This document shows, in pieces, positions 1 through 9,860 of a stretch of DNA of 64,000 nucleotides. The first letter of the stretch is position 1, and each line of letters starts with the position of its first letter. Made by a program: the position numbers and the translations under genes. This stretch comes from an uncultured virus (IMG/VR IMGVR_UViG_3300025138_000019) (lineage: Duplodnaviria > Heunggongvirae > Uroviricota > Caudoviricetes): the IMG/VR virus record IMGVR_UViG_3300025138_000019; one strand, written 5' to 3'. The notes below the pieces were generated by a model that did not search any database, was not told the origin of the DNA, and worked only from the letters and a program-made list of their open reading frames with translations.

Positions 1-56
1 GATAGTAGTCTCGGCGTATCGCAGAGTACTTAGAGTACTACTATCCGCGGCGGGGA

Positions 57-198
57 GAACCTCAGAGAACCTCGGTGAACCTGCCGCCGATGCCGAACCT
101 CAGAACATTTTAGATTGCGGGCGTCGAAGGCGTTAAACTCACCTATATAAACTACGGGAGATTATTATGCCAAGAACCTCAGTAAGTGGTCGAACCTC
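57..198 (+). repeat. Cluster of short direct repeats GAACCTC
   Basis: GAACCTC at 57, 67, 95, 174 and 192, variant GAACCTG at 77; AGAGTACT twice near 22-38. Confidence 0.5.
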
Positions 199-487
199 AC
201 CGAAACGTAAACCTAAGCGACCCTCCGAGCCTTCTGAACTTCAGTTGGCTGAGTGTGTATGGGAAGACGCAGAAGAGATCGGGGACGTTGGTTGGAACGA
301 CCGGGACGAACTCTTTAAACAGGCAGAGGAACCTTGCCCTATTATGCATACCGTGGGGTATCTAATCTACGAGGGCGACGACCATATATCAATGGTGTCC
401 ACGATCGGCACGGATGAGTGCAGTACAATTGAGAAAATCCCGCGTAGTTTCATAAAAACCCTGATCTATCTCGAACGTCCGGAATAG
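167..487 (+). CDS. hypothetical phage protein
   Basis: 106-aa ORF with GGGAG RBS and TATATA upstream; globular C-half (ECVWEDA...TVGYL...IPR). Confidence 0.7.
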   Translation: MPRTSVSGRTSPKRKPKRPSEPSELQLAECVWEDAEEIGDVGWNDRDELFKQAEEPCPIMHTVGYLIYEGDDHISMVSTIGTDECSTIEKIPRSFIKTLIYLERPE

Positions 488-625
488 GCGGCAACTAAAG
501 CCTACCGGGCTGCCACACCTTACCCCCATTTATTTGGACATTTAAATACCCCCCTTTTAAATGCCCTCTATAAAATAATAGAATATTTCTAAGAACATTA
601 TGTCATTTCCCTACATATTAATGAG

Positions 626-1405
626 ATGCAGATCCCAATACTCGCCCGGTATCTCTCAGCGTCTTTGTTATGGGCCCTACTCTTAGGAAGTTGTACCACT
701 ACGACAACCTTTGAAGTTGCTTCTCCCTCTACAGCTTCACCCCCTACATCTAAGCCTTTTACACTTCCTCAAGATGGTTCATTTTCGTATCATTTGTTTG
801 ATGTCGTACCTTCGTATACATTCGTTGGTGCTATTAAAAACTATGAACATGATTCGTTAATTGGCACAGGCGTATTGATCTCCCCTGATGTTGTTCTCTC
901 TGCGGCTCATGTTGTAGACGATACCTCTATGCACAACCTTGAATGGGTCGAAGTTGATGGTAAGACATCTTGTATTAAAAAAATTGTTTATTATTCTTCT
1001 CTGCTGGATAATAAATGGCATGATATAGCAATTCTTTTTTTAGAATCTCGTTCGGATAAAGTTCCTTGTATAATGTTTGATAATGATACGGATTTCGTAT
1101 ACAAACATATGCCTCTCACTACTGTGGGGCATGGTCATGGACTTCGCCGAAACAGCAATCCCGGTATCTTTAGGTACTACGGGAGACTTGTTCTTTCTCC
1201 AAGATTCATGATCATGCTTCCACTGAGGGACACCGTATGGCATGGTGACTCGGGTGGTGCAATTCTTACTGATGATAATAAGTTAATAGGCATCGTCTCG
1301 CACTATGTTAGTACGAAAGATGGCCGTATATTCGAGAATGTGGGTTCGTCTATTGAATACTATAGAGAATGGATTGAATCACACGTACCCACGCTGAGTG
1401 ATTAG
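626..1405 (+). CDS. trypsin-like (S1) serine protease with predicted lipoprotein signal
   Basis: Catalytic triad motifs LSAAHV, HDIAIL and GDSGG; hydrophobic N-terminus ending LLLGS-C, then a Thr/Ser/Pro-rich linker. Confidence 0.85.
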   Translation: MQIPILARYLSASLLWALLLGSCTTTTTFEVASPSTASPPTSKPFTLPQDGSFSYHLFDVVPSYTFVGAIKNYEHDSLIGTGVLISPDVVLSAAHVVDDTSMHNLEWVEVDGKTSCIKKIVYYSSLLDNKWHDIAILFLESRSDKVPCIMFDNDTDFVYKHMPLTTVGHGHGLRRNSNPGIFRYYGRLVLSPRFMIMLPLRDTVWHGDSGGAILTDDNKLIGIVSHYVSTKDGRIFENVGSSIEYYREWIESHVPTLSD

Positions 1406-1605
1406 ATTCCAAACACTAAACGTATTCTAGACCACAGTCCAGGTCGATCTTCTGGATTGTTTTTGGCACGCTCGGCGCCTCTTTGGACTTCCTTGTCCGT
1501 AAGGAGAATCCAGTAGGACTCATCGTTGTACCGTACCTTGGTAGGCCAGTAGTGAGTCGCTTCTCTCTTTGTCTTGCGTGCTTTGTTTTCTTTTCTGCTT
1601 TCCAT
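1402..1605 (-). CDS. hypothetical protein
   Basis: ATG at 1605 lies just after the stop of the 575-aa ORF; the ORF-track start at 1632 overlaps that gene. Confidence 0.55.
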   Translation of the reverse strand: MESRKENKARKTKREATHYWPTKVRYNDESYWILLTDKEVQRGAERAKNNPEDRPGLWSRIRLVFGI

Positions 1606-1606
1606 G

Positions 1607-3334
1607 TCAACAATCCCACTTTCTGAGTGCAAGTGCCTTACGAGTAGGTCTACCCTTCTCGTCCTTCATTGCGCCTTTCATTCCACCCATGCGGGCGCAG
1701 AATGATTTACGTCTCTTGGCTGCTTTACCACCCTTTGACTTCTTAGCTTGTTCTGATGATACTGGTGCTTTGAGGTCGGAACCGGGGTTCTCTCGTTCGT
1801 AGGACTTTCTGCCCTTTTCGTTGAGTCCGCCTTCTTTGTTCTTACCTGAGCTTTTTTGCCATGCGGCAGATGCTTCACTGACTTCTTTCTTCTTATCGTC
1901 TTTCTTGGGATTCATGAGATCATCATGATTCTTGACGGCGTATGATTCGGCATCCTTCTTATTATCGAATGTCTTTATCTTCTTACCGTTCTGATGATAC
2001 ACACAGAACTTGTTTGGGCCCTCTTTCTTGACATGTGATTTGGGATCCATGGTGTGGTCCTTCTTATCATCATATGCCTTTTCCGAGAAGAATGATTTGA
2101 GAATAGCATCGTCGAGATCGGTTGACTCGTTAGAACTGTTTCCCCAGTTCTTTGCGCCTACTTTTCTGCACTTGACGAGAGCACCCGAAGCGTATGCGGA
2201 AGGCCATACGTCATAGCGTGCCTTCACCTTGTGGTAGCAGGCATCCTTCTCGGCTTCATTGATGTGTTCTACTGATTCGTTCTTTGTCTTCTTGACGCAG
2301 TTTGGATATCGCTTACCGAACATAGTCTTCATGCCCTTCTGCTCATATCCCTTCCAACAGGCTTCATTGATAGTCTCGACTGATTCCTTGGTGACGCTCT
2401 TAATAGTTGCGCCCTTCTTTACCTTCTTGGCGAGTCGCTTGAAATCAACTCCCTTGCGACCCCCACGCTTAGTATCGTACTCAACTGGCTGGGTTGTGCC
2501 TCGGTGCTTCATTACGTTCGCGGAGATGTCCTCACGCACGACTTTACCTGATTTGGTTCCCTTGTTGGGAACAAACTCACCACCGACAAGTTTACTGGTG
2601 GGTTGGTTTGCAAGTTTCTTTGCGATGCTCTTGCTAAACTTCTTTGCCTTTGACTTGTCACGGGTAACAGTCTTTACCTTGTCACCGTCTGTGTCCATCA
2701 CATAGTTTCCATCACTGTGTTGCACCATACGCTCTTGTATGATATCATTGTGGTACTCGTCGTGGTGATCATGATTCTCGTGTACCTCATGAATGTGGAT
2801 AGTCATGTCCTTGGTTGGGATCTCTCGCTCGATACCGTGCTCGAACATGACATCATACCAGTCGATGTCACCATTCTCGTTGGGAGCGGCGTGCTGTGAT
2901 GTGATTGTTCGTCCGTATCCAAATTTGGTATGCTCTACATGTGTGGCACACTTGTGGGTTCCCTTTGGATATTTCTTACCGTGGAGTTTTGTAATCTTCT
3001 TATCTTTTTTCATGGGTGAATCACTTTCGTTAACTTTTTTTACCTCATTCGATACCATCTTCGGTTTGCCTCCCTTTCCTGCACGATCTGCGACAGGATC
3101 TTGAGACTTCTTTCGTCTAACGGCGGACGCGATGGTTTTCTTTCCGCCTTTTGCTCTGAGCTTGGCTGCTTTGTTCTTGGACAGGCACTTAGGTTTTCCT
3201 TCTCCGGGTTCTCTGGCGCATTTTCCAAGACGTTCCCCCTTCGTGTTATACCTATCCCATCCGCCTCCGCCTACTCCACCTTTACCTCCGGTGCCAAACC
3301 AGGCGCGGAGATTCTCTGATATCTTAAACTTCAT
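1607..3334 (-). CDS. modular basic protein, probable capsid-internal (injected) polyprotein
   Basis: Short Lys/Arg-rich modules (ACWKGY, KDACYHKVK...PSAYASG, GGLNEKGR...RRKSFCARM...LRKWDC, recalled as DUF6321-like) separated by hydrophobic-x-Glu sites. Confidence 0.75.
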   Translation of the reverse strand: MKFKISENLRAWFGTGGKGGVGGGGWDRYNTKGERLGKCAREPGEGKPKCLSKNKAAKLRAKGGKKTIASAVRRKKSQDPVADRAGKGGKPKMVSNEVKKVNESDSPMKKDKKITKLHGKKYPKGTHKCATHVEHTKFGYGRTITSQHAAPNENGDIDWYDVMFEHGIEREIPTKDMTIHIHEVHENHDHHDEYHNDIIQERMVQHSDGNYVMDTDGDKVKTVTRDKSKAKKFSKSIAKKLANQPTSKLVGGEFVPNKGTKSGKVVREDISANVMKHRGTTQPVEYDTKRGGRKGVDFKRLAKKVKKGATIKSVTKESVETINEACWKGYEQKGMKTMFGKRYPNCVKKTKNESVEHINEAEKDACYHKVKARYDVWPSAYASGALVKCRKVGAKNWGNSSNESTDLDDAILKSFFSEKAYDDKKDHTMDPKSHVKKEGPNKFCVYHQNGKKIKTFDNKKDAESYAVKNHDDLMNPKKDDKKKEVSEASAAWQKSSGKNKEGGLNEKGRKSYERENPGSDLKAPVSSEQAKKSKGGKAAKRRKSFCARMGGMKGAMKDEKGRPTRKALALRKWDC

Positions 3335-3335
3335 A

Positions 3336-3767
3336 TCAATCTCCGGACCAGTTCTTACCTTTATAACTCTTTACATCTCGCATGATGGCATCTTTAGTGC
3401 GATTGGTTGATTTCATTACTTTAGGAGATCTGCCTGTTTCACTCTGCGTGCTGGTTCTTGTTACTGCTTTTTTAGCAGACTTGTATCTCTCTTTGGCATC
3501 ACCACCACCGGGCTTCTTTCTGTCATAAAATTTCTGTCTGCTATACTCTTTGGCCATCTCACCAGATGGAGACTCTGTTGCAGGGCGTGTACCCATGGAT
3601 CCCATTTTATTCTTTGAGATTTCACCCTCTCGGCGCAATCGTTTTTCGTTTAATTCGTCGGTAAACACACTTACGAGTGCGTCCATGAAGTTTTCATCGA
3701 GGTCACAATCACACGATTTGCTCTGTGTCTCTGCGCCTTCGATTATAAAAGTTTTAAATTTATGCAT
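3336..3767 (-). CDS. basic hypothetical protein with capsid-targeting-like leader
   Basis: N-terminus MHKFKTFIIE resembles the T4 internal-protein leader MKTYQEFIAE; AGGAG RBS; TACATA upstream. Confidence 0.7.
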   Translation of the reverse strand: MHKFKTFIIEGAETQSKSCDCDLDENFMDALVSVFTDELNEKRLRREGEISKNKMGSMGTRPATESPSGEMAKEYSRQKFYDRKKPGGGDAKERYKSAKKAVTRTSTQSETGRSPKVMKSTNRTKDAIMRDVKSYKGKNWSGD

Positions 3768-3912
3768 TTAAGATATCTCCTTGAGGTACTTTATGTATTT
3801 GAATTAATGTCTTAAGGCTTTTGCTAAATAATATGATGCATCAAAATATTTCCCACTATTCTTAAAGTGTCATGGCGTATAGCTGTGGCATTTTGTTTTA
3901 TAGGAGTCTTAA

Positions 3913-4431
3913 ATGGACAGACAAGTTTTACTGCTCAACGCTTCTGAAGAAGCAATTAAAATCATAGACTGGAAGAAAGCAATTTGCCTTTTACTCAAAG
4001 GGAAAGCAACAAAGCCGGTAAACTACAAACAAAACTATGAGATACAATCAGTAAATCACACATACCCACTGCCATCTGTTATAATGCTTTCGAATTATGT
4101 CCATATTCCAATGCAGGAACACATTCCAACGAGAAGAAATGTGTTCAAACGAGACAACTGGATCTGTCAATATTGTGGAATCAAATCAAAGAATCCAAAG
4201 ACACTCACAATAGATCATGTGATGCCAAAATCGCGTGGTGGTGATTCTAGTTGGACAAATCTTGTTACCGCATGTCCATCATGTAACAGGAAAAAAGCAA
4301 ACAACAAACCATCTGAGTGTGGGATGCCCCTGAAAAGGAAACCAACAAAACCATACTACTTGGACTTGCAATTAAACTCGATATCGAGTATGATTAAAGA
4401 TCAATGGGATTATTGGTTAAAAATCGCATAA
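3913..4431 (+). CDS. HNH endonuclease (McrA-like)
   Basis: RRNVFKRDNWICQYCG...LTIDHVMPKSRGG...WTNLVTACPSCNRKK; AGGAG RBS. Confidence 0.92.
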   Translation: MDRQVLLLNASEEAIKIIDWKKAICLLLKGKATKPVNYKQNYEIQSVNHTYPLPSVIMLSNYVHIPMQEHIPTRRNVFKRDNWICQYCGIKSKNPKTLTIDHVMPKSRGGDSSWTNLVTACPSCNRKKANNKPSECGMPLKRKPTKPYYLDLQLNSISSMIKDQWDYWLKIA

Positions 4432-4462
4432 ACTTACATATATACCATAGCAGGAGAATATT

Positions 4463-4762
4463 ATGCCAATATATGATTATCGTTGTGAAAAATGTGAAGA
4501 GTTGTGGGAAGAAAGTCTTCCCATGTCTAAAATGAACAGTCCCACCAAAAAAGCATGTCCACACTGTGAAAAGAGTGGTTGTGTGGTGAAACATGTTGGT
4601 GGGTTTCCTGGCGTTGCAACTGATCAAACACTAACCGCAGATAAAAAGTCTGGTGGACAGTGGAGTGAGTTGATGAGTAGAATGACAAATGTTGTCGGTA
4701 GAGATTACAAACACAACCTAGACAAAGCCTCCGAGAGAACAGGAACTCGTTGGAAGGGTTGA
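4463..4762 (+). CDS. FmdB-family zinc-ribbon protein
   Basis: MPIYDYRCEKC...CPHC; AGGAG RBS. Confidence 0.85.
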   Translation: MPIYDYRCEKCEELWEESLPMSKMNSPTKKACPHCEKSGCVVKHVGGFPGVATDQTLTADKKSGGQWSELMSRMTNVVGRDYKHNLDKASERTGTRWKG

Positions 4763-4767
4763 ATTAT

Positions 4768-4775
4768 TATAAATA
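4768..4775 (+). promoter_or_regulatory. T4-type late promoter
   Basis: Exact TATAAATA 22 nt upstream of the ATG at 4798. Confidence 0.7.
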
Positions 4776-4797
4776 GGTCAGTAACTGGAGATACGTT

Positions 4798-5004
4798 ATG
4801 CGAATGTCAGACTTTTTCAATTTTGTAGGAACAAACAATCAACAATCAACACCTTCGTCAGATGGTGAAGGTGTACAAAAGTTGCAAGATGGCAGTAGTT
4901 GGAAATATATCAGAGATGGTGATGTTTACGAAAACACAGTATCTGGTTCTAGAATCAGTCCGATTCAATTAGACAATTTAAAAATTAGTTTCGAAAGACA
5001 CTGA
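4798..5004 (+). CDS. hypothetical protein
   Basis: 68-aa ORF with GGAG RBS and a late promoter upstream. Confidence 0.65.
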   Translation: MRMSDFFNFVGTNNQQSTPSSDGEGVQKLQDGSSWKYIRDGDVYENTVSGSRISPIQLDNLKISFERH

Positions 5005-5027
5005 TTCGGTGATATTCCATAGTGAAC

Positions 5028-5051
5028 GCTACACTAAATAGTGTAGCTTTT
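5028..5051 (+). terminator. intrinsic terminator-like hairpin containing a TAAATA late-promoter core
   Basis: GCTACACT-AAAT-AGTGTAGC perfect 8-bp stem followed by TTTT. Confidence 0.5.
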
Positions 5052-5070
5052 ATTATATGATTGGACTATA

Positions 5071-8000
5071 ATGTACGCAAGAAGAGGATGCTGTTGTGGT
5101 AAATCGATATACCCTTGGTGCTTTTACCGAGGATCATGTGACAACATGTATGATGTATATCTTTTACCTGAATCAATCGCAAGAACAATACAAGAAGAAC
5201 CCGGTGACCCTAGAGATAAGTTAGACTTCCTCTATGGTGGAACTGATCACTCCAAAGTTATAAAATTTAGATGGAGTGCTAATCCTACGTTCAATGCAAA
5301 GATATCAGATAATCTTCTCAATGGTTCGGTGGTGCATCAACCCGCTGTAGAATATACACTCTATTCTTATCACGAAGATGTTGGAAACCGTCCTGAAGTA
5401 ACACAAGAATGCACACAGCTCTGTGAAGATGCGGGAAGAGTACCGCCTATTATAGGTGGAGGACCCGACTTCCTCATATATGATACTTGTTATGAAAGTT
5501 TCCTGAAGACATACGATGACTCGATGGCGAATGGTAGATCAGTCGGTGATGTGTTGGGTGAACACAGCTATATCAGAAATGTAAGTGATTGGTCTGAGAG
5601 AAACTATTTAACCCCTGGCACTCGGTCACAAAAAAGAGTGGCTAAACATACAATAGAGAATATATTCAGGGGATTAACAACAGAATACCCTGCTGGTTAT
5701 CAATTCGATGGAGAGCGGGGCAATCGACCGGCCCCAATTACAGCCGGTACATTTGATACCAGATGGGAAAAGCAGACTAGCTTTATTCCAGAGAGCACAC
5801 AGCACACCAAAGAGAAAGGTGCGTGGGATGTTGAAATGGATCCCATATTCTGTATGTACGGCGAAGACTCCATATACAGAGAGAAAATAGCATATTTCGA
5901 AACTCCTCGAGGGGACCTTTCTCAAGAAGAATACGAAGCCGTAATCCGAGGGATCACGACTGAAACTAATGACTGGATTGATGCTGATGAGGTATACAGG
6001 AACGTACCCGCCACGAGGTCCGCAAATTATCCGAACTCGCGAGATGAGCCAGGATATCTCAAATATACGTACTTTAATGGTGGGTATAGATCTAAAAATT
6101 TCTCAAATGAGTTCTTCCGAACGCAAGGTGCGGATGTAGAAGGCGTTTGTGCTGGTGATGGAACTATTCCTGTAGGATATAACATATCCCCAGAAAAAGG
6201 AGGAGATGTTTCTCCTTTGTATGGAATATACTATGGACAAAATCAAACCGTAGGGGCTTGGCATTCTTGGTTGGGTGGTTTAGAATATCTCGCAGCAGAT
6301 GCTGAGGTGTTTAATCCAGACATAGTTACTTGGGATTATAAATTCCCACAGTATCAGGTCGCAAAATACACAACACCAGGCAGTGCTTGTTTATGCGAGA
6401 GCAGCTCTCCGTCCTGTACTCCAGTCAGGGAATTTATAGAAACTGGATTCTGTACCGCGCAGAATAGAATATCAACTTATTCTTACGAGTTCGGAGGTCC
6501 TGTACCAGACGACGAGTGGCCGGCTGGACCGCAGCAACCAGTTTACGGACATCCATTCGAGAGAGTTGCGTTCGATAAGGAGTTCTGGCCGGGTTATGTT
6601 GTTGGTAACGGAACAAATATTAGAACAAACACTCCCAACAGAAACAGTTATTTCAAAGATTTGCGAAACGGTATAGGAACCATAACAAATGCAGATTCAA
6701 TGCCTGCAATACCTTCTACTTCTCAGGGCCCTTTCTTTGATGTCAATAGTCGTGTCATCGATAACGGGACTTTCGCTTATTCTGGATTGGAAGCCCCGGC
6801 AGAACCAGTTTACGGAGGGTTCGATGCCCCAGGCGCAGGCAATGATACAATCACCTCATATGTTTACACACTTGAGCAGAAACAAAGAACATACAGATAC
6901 GTTGATACCATAACTGATGATGGTGAATTTATAACTGTTTTAGACACTGGAATAGAATTTCAAGGTAATTGGTCAAGACAGCAGGGTGGTAGTGGGTTGT
7001 ATTTCTATAGCAATGTCCACTACAACATCGACACCGATGGAATTCCACCAAGCATCCCAAACACCCAACCGGGGAAAATACAATATGATATAACAGAGGC
7101 GGGTGCATCTATATCATGTGGTCCAATATTCAATGAGGGAAATAATTCCCGAACTCTTGGTGGTAGGCCACTATTTGGTCCTTATGAGTTCAATAGCGGG
7201 TATAACAATGGAGGGATTCAAGGATCTGGACAAGATCTCGATGAATATCCATACTGGAGAATAATCGACGGAGTTTCAAATGTATACACCTTAGATGAAC
7301 TCGGTATTGATAATCCTCAGTATGAAGTATTACTAAAAGATTCCTATACCTCAGTGAATTGGGTTCCTGGCATGACATATGGAGCAAAAGTAATAGTTGA
7401 TACTGATATTACTATTGGTCCTGGCATGCCAAGGAAGGTGCCAGGCGAAGACGGAATTTATAGTGCATTTTATATGGATCAGTTGATCATACCAGAAGGT
7501 AAAGAAGATAAATCATTATGGAGCATGGATAACACCGACATATTCTCACCGGGTATGTGGAATGGTTTGTACTGTGGTATTGGTATCAAAGGACACTTAA
7601 AACCAGCGGCATCTTTGTTGTCACAAGGAAAAATACAGAACTTCAATGGTGGTGCAGCATGTACCTGTCCGGGTCAAGTCGTCTGCTGTCCTTGTGATGG
7701 ATTCGAGAGCGGCGGTTGCTCCGTCTATAATGTTGGTGGTCAAGAGTGTACACCCAGAATATGCAACCACAACCCAGATAAACAAATCGCTGTTCTCCCG
7801 CGACTTTGGATTCCTACTTCTATCCTAGAAAATTGGAACTGGGTGCAGAATGTCAGCTACCAGATCGGAGACGGCGATGATTTCTCACAAATTGATAAAA
7901 CGCAGAGGAGGACTACCACCGTTCTTGATACAAGAACCGTTGGTGGAAACGAATATGCTATGGTAGAAACCAAGTTTGCTACGTCCACTACAGTAACTAC

Positions 8001-9858
8001 TTCGGAGTCCGGAGACATTGGAAATCCGAGCATAGACTGTTATCAGTGGAGCGGACCAAACGGTGAGGCATATGAAACTTGTTACACTGTATGGGAAGAT
8101 GGTGAGCCTCCAAATGTTGAAACAAATACATGCACACAGAGCGGGTCTACAATAATAGGAGGATTTAGCATCCTTCCGACCTATATGGGGATCCATGAGT
8201 GGATAACTGACCTCGCTGCGAACTCTGGCCCAGGTCAGTTACATGAGCATCCCTACAGAAAAATTACAATTCCTCTGCGATGGATGGATCTTGGATTCCA
8301 TGAGACTCCATTCAAAGACACTGCAAATCTATACATCAGCGACAAAGAAGAACAAAAATGTATGGAGAGCAGAGCCTACGCTGAACAAAATAAAGAAACA
8401 GCAGAGGGAATACAAGATAACAAAATATTTGAATATGCAGGAGTTACAGGTGCTTCCTGTGGTGTGGTTTGTCCTGAAAATATTAAATTCTATGATTTCC
8501 CATACAAAGGTAATGTTGGATTGTATGGAACAAAGAAATATGAATTCAAACCAGAATACCAAAACTATCTAGATTGGTTAATAACAAACGAGGACATAAA
8601 AGATACATTCAAAGAGTGGGCTGCGGCAACCGTTGCAAGACAGAGAACTGTGAGTAAACTTTTCTACTGGCCCAAAGATTTTGCTGACAGAATATCCACA
8701 TCACCAGCTTCTCATATATTTGGATTGAACACGGGGATGACCGAATGGCGAAATGGCTGGAGTGAGGGTGATCAAGTTCGAGGATTCAGAGAACCCGGAG
8801 CGGAAGTAGATGATGAGTATGAACCCATAAATTCATTTTTCTTTCAACATGCCAGAGGTGCAACTATTGATGTGCCACTTATAGGATCTGTTTCTAACAT
8901 GTATATCACATGGGAAGAGAAACCACAAATAGTTCAGGCGTGTGAACTGCAAGATAACTCAGGATTAGGTTCTGAGGCTGGGGATAGTCTTGTTCCACTC
9001 TTTGTCCGAAGAGAAAGAACATCAGGAAACACTTCCGGTCTTCCTTATCCAAATGTGATAGGGAATTTACCAAGTGGGGTAGCCAGTGATGATCAAGTTT
9101 ATAGAAACTTTATTCTAGGACGAAAAACAGAATTCACTGATCCAAATGAATATGTCCCATACCCAGAAGAAGGGTTCTCTGATGTATACAGAAACGAATA
9201 CCACGGTTTGTGGGCAAACTGGGGATATGCAGGAAAAATTAAAGATGATCCAAGAGAGTACAGATTTGATAGAAACTATCCAAAAGATCTAAGAAGAATC
9301 CCTCGTTTTGATCAGTATGGTGAGATGGAGTTAAATATGCGTAACCGAGACTCAGCAATTGGATTTGATGAGTATAGGTACAGAAACTATAGTCAATTAC
9401 CAGAGTTGTCGGAACGAGAAAAAATATTAAACAAGAACGTAAATAAGTGGTGTGCTTTGTTTTATGACGAAGGCGCTCTTGCGGATGATATCACATGGAC
9501 TTACCCAGAGGATGCGTGTCCGTCCGGAGCTACTCTGGGATTCGAACAGTATGAGAGGGCGTTTAATAATGGTGTTGCTTATCACTGGGCATTGGCAAGA
9601 ATGAGCAACAGAAACGATGTACCAATGGGTAGGAATTGGCAGAAATCCAAGATCTTCTCCAGAGGCTGCCCAGAAGATATCAGAAACATCCGACAATTCA
9701 TTTACCAAAACACCTTCTACGGACAACCAGAAAGTGTTCGTGGGTGGACTGCGAGTGATTATCCTTGGTTAACCGGATTCACTATGGGAATAGATCCCGA
9801 CATAAACTGGTGTTCTACTACGCCAAAAGCAGATCCAGATTTTTATGAGGACAGCTAA
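5071..9858 (+). CDS. large Cys/Gly/Tyr-rich hypothetical protein, probably virion-associated
   Basis: 1595-aa uninterrupted ORF; N-terminal RRGCCCG and internal CTCPGQVVCCPCDG; no catalytic motif recognised. Confidence 0.8.
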   Translation: MYARRGCCCGKSIYPWCFYRGSCDNMYDVYLLPESIARTIQEEPGDPRDKLDFLYGGTDHSKVIKFRWSANPTFNAKISDNLLNGSVVHQPAVEYTLYSYHEDVGNRPEVTQECTQLCEDAGRVPPIIGGGPDFLIYDTCYESFLKTYDDSMANGRSVGDVLGEHSYIRNVSDWSERNYLTPGTRSQKRVAKHTIENIFRGLTTEYPAGYQFDGERGNRPAPITAGTFDTRWEKQTSFIPESTQHTKEKGAWDVEMDPIFCMYGEDSIYREKIAYFETPRGDLSQEEYEAVIRGITTETNDWIDADEVYRNVPATRSANYPNSRDEPGYLKYTYFNGGYRSKNFSNEFFRTQGADVEGVCAGDGTIPVGYNISPEKGGDVSPLYGIYYGQNQTVGAWHSWLGGLEYLAADAEVFNPDIVTWDYKFPQYQVAKYTTPGSACLCESSSPSCTPVREFIETGFCTAQNRISTYSYEFGGPVPDDEWPAGPQQPVYGHPFERVAFDKEFWPGYVVGNGTNIRTNTPNRNSYFKDLRNGIGTITNADSMPAIPSTSQGPFFDVNSRVIDNGTFAYSGLEAPAEPVYGGFDAPGAGNDTITSYVYTLEQKQRTYRYVDTITDDGEFITVLDTGIEFQGNWSRQQGGSGLYFYSNVHYNIDTDGIPPSIPNTQPGKIQYDITEAGASISCGPIFNEGNNSRTLGGRPLFGPYEFNSGYNNGGIQGSGQDLDEYPYWRIIDGVSNVYTLDELGIDNPQYEVLLKDSYTSVNWVPGMTYGAKVIVDTDITIGPGMPRKVPGEDGIYSAFYMDQLIIPEGKEDKSLWSMDNTDIFSPGMWNGLYCGIGIKGHLKPAASLLSQGKIQNFNGGAACTCPGQVVCCPCDGFESGGCSVYNVGGQECTPRICNHNPDKQIAVLPRLWIPTSILENWNWVQNVSYQIGDGDDFSQIDKTQRRTTTVLDTRTVGGNEYAMVETKFATSTTVTTSESGDIGNPSIDCYQWSGPNGEAYETCYTVWEDGEPPNVETNTCTQSGSTIIGGFSILPTYMGIHEWITDLAANSGPGQLHEHPYRKITIPLRWMDLGFHETPFKDTANLYISDKEEQKCMESRAYAEQNKETAEGIQDNKIFEYAGVTGASCGVVCPENIKFYDFPYKGNVGLYGTKKYEFKPEYQNYLDWLITNEDIKDTFKEWAAATVARQRTVSKLFYWPKDFADRISTSPASHIFGLNTGMTEWRNGWSEGDQVRGFREPGAEVDDEYEPINSFFFQHARGATIDVPLIGSVSNMYITWEEKPQIVQACELQDNSGLGSEAGDSLVPLFVRRERTSGNTSGLPYPNVIGNLPSGVASDDQVYRNFILGRKTEFTDPNEYVPYPEEGFSDVYRNEYHGLWANWGYAGKIKDDPREYRFDRNYPKDLRRIPRFDQYGEMELNMRNRDSAIGFDEYRYRNYSQLPELSEREKILNKNVNKWCALFYDEGALADDITWTYPEDACPSGATLGFEQYERAFNNGVAYHWALARMSNRNDVPMGRNWQKSKIFSRGCPEDIRNIRQFIYQNTFYGQPESVRGWTASDYPWLTGFTMGIDPDINWCSTTPKADPDFYEDS

Positions 9859-9860
9859 AT

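Noticed and set aside
1569..3771. Multiple hydrophobic plus-strand ORFs
   Set aside because: Antisense shadows of Lys-rich minus-strand genes
3913..4431. HNH gene as part of an intron or mobile element
   Set aside because: Free-standing with its own RBS, no interrupted host gene and no intron-like flanks
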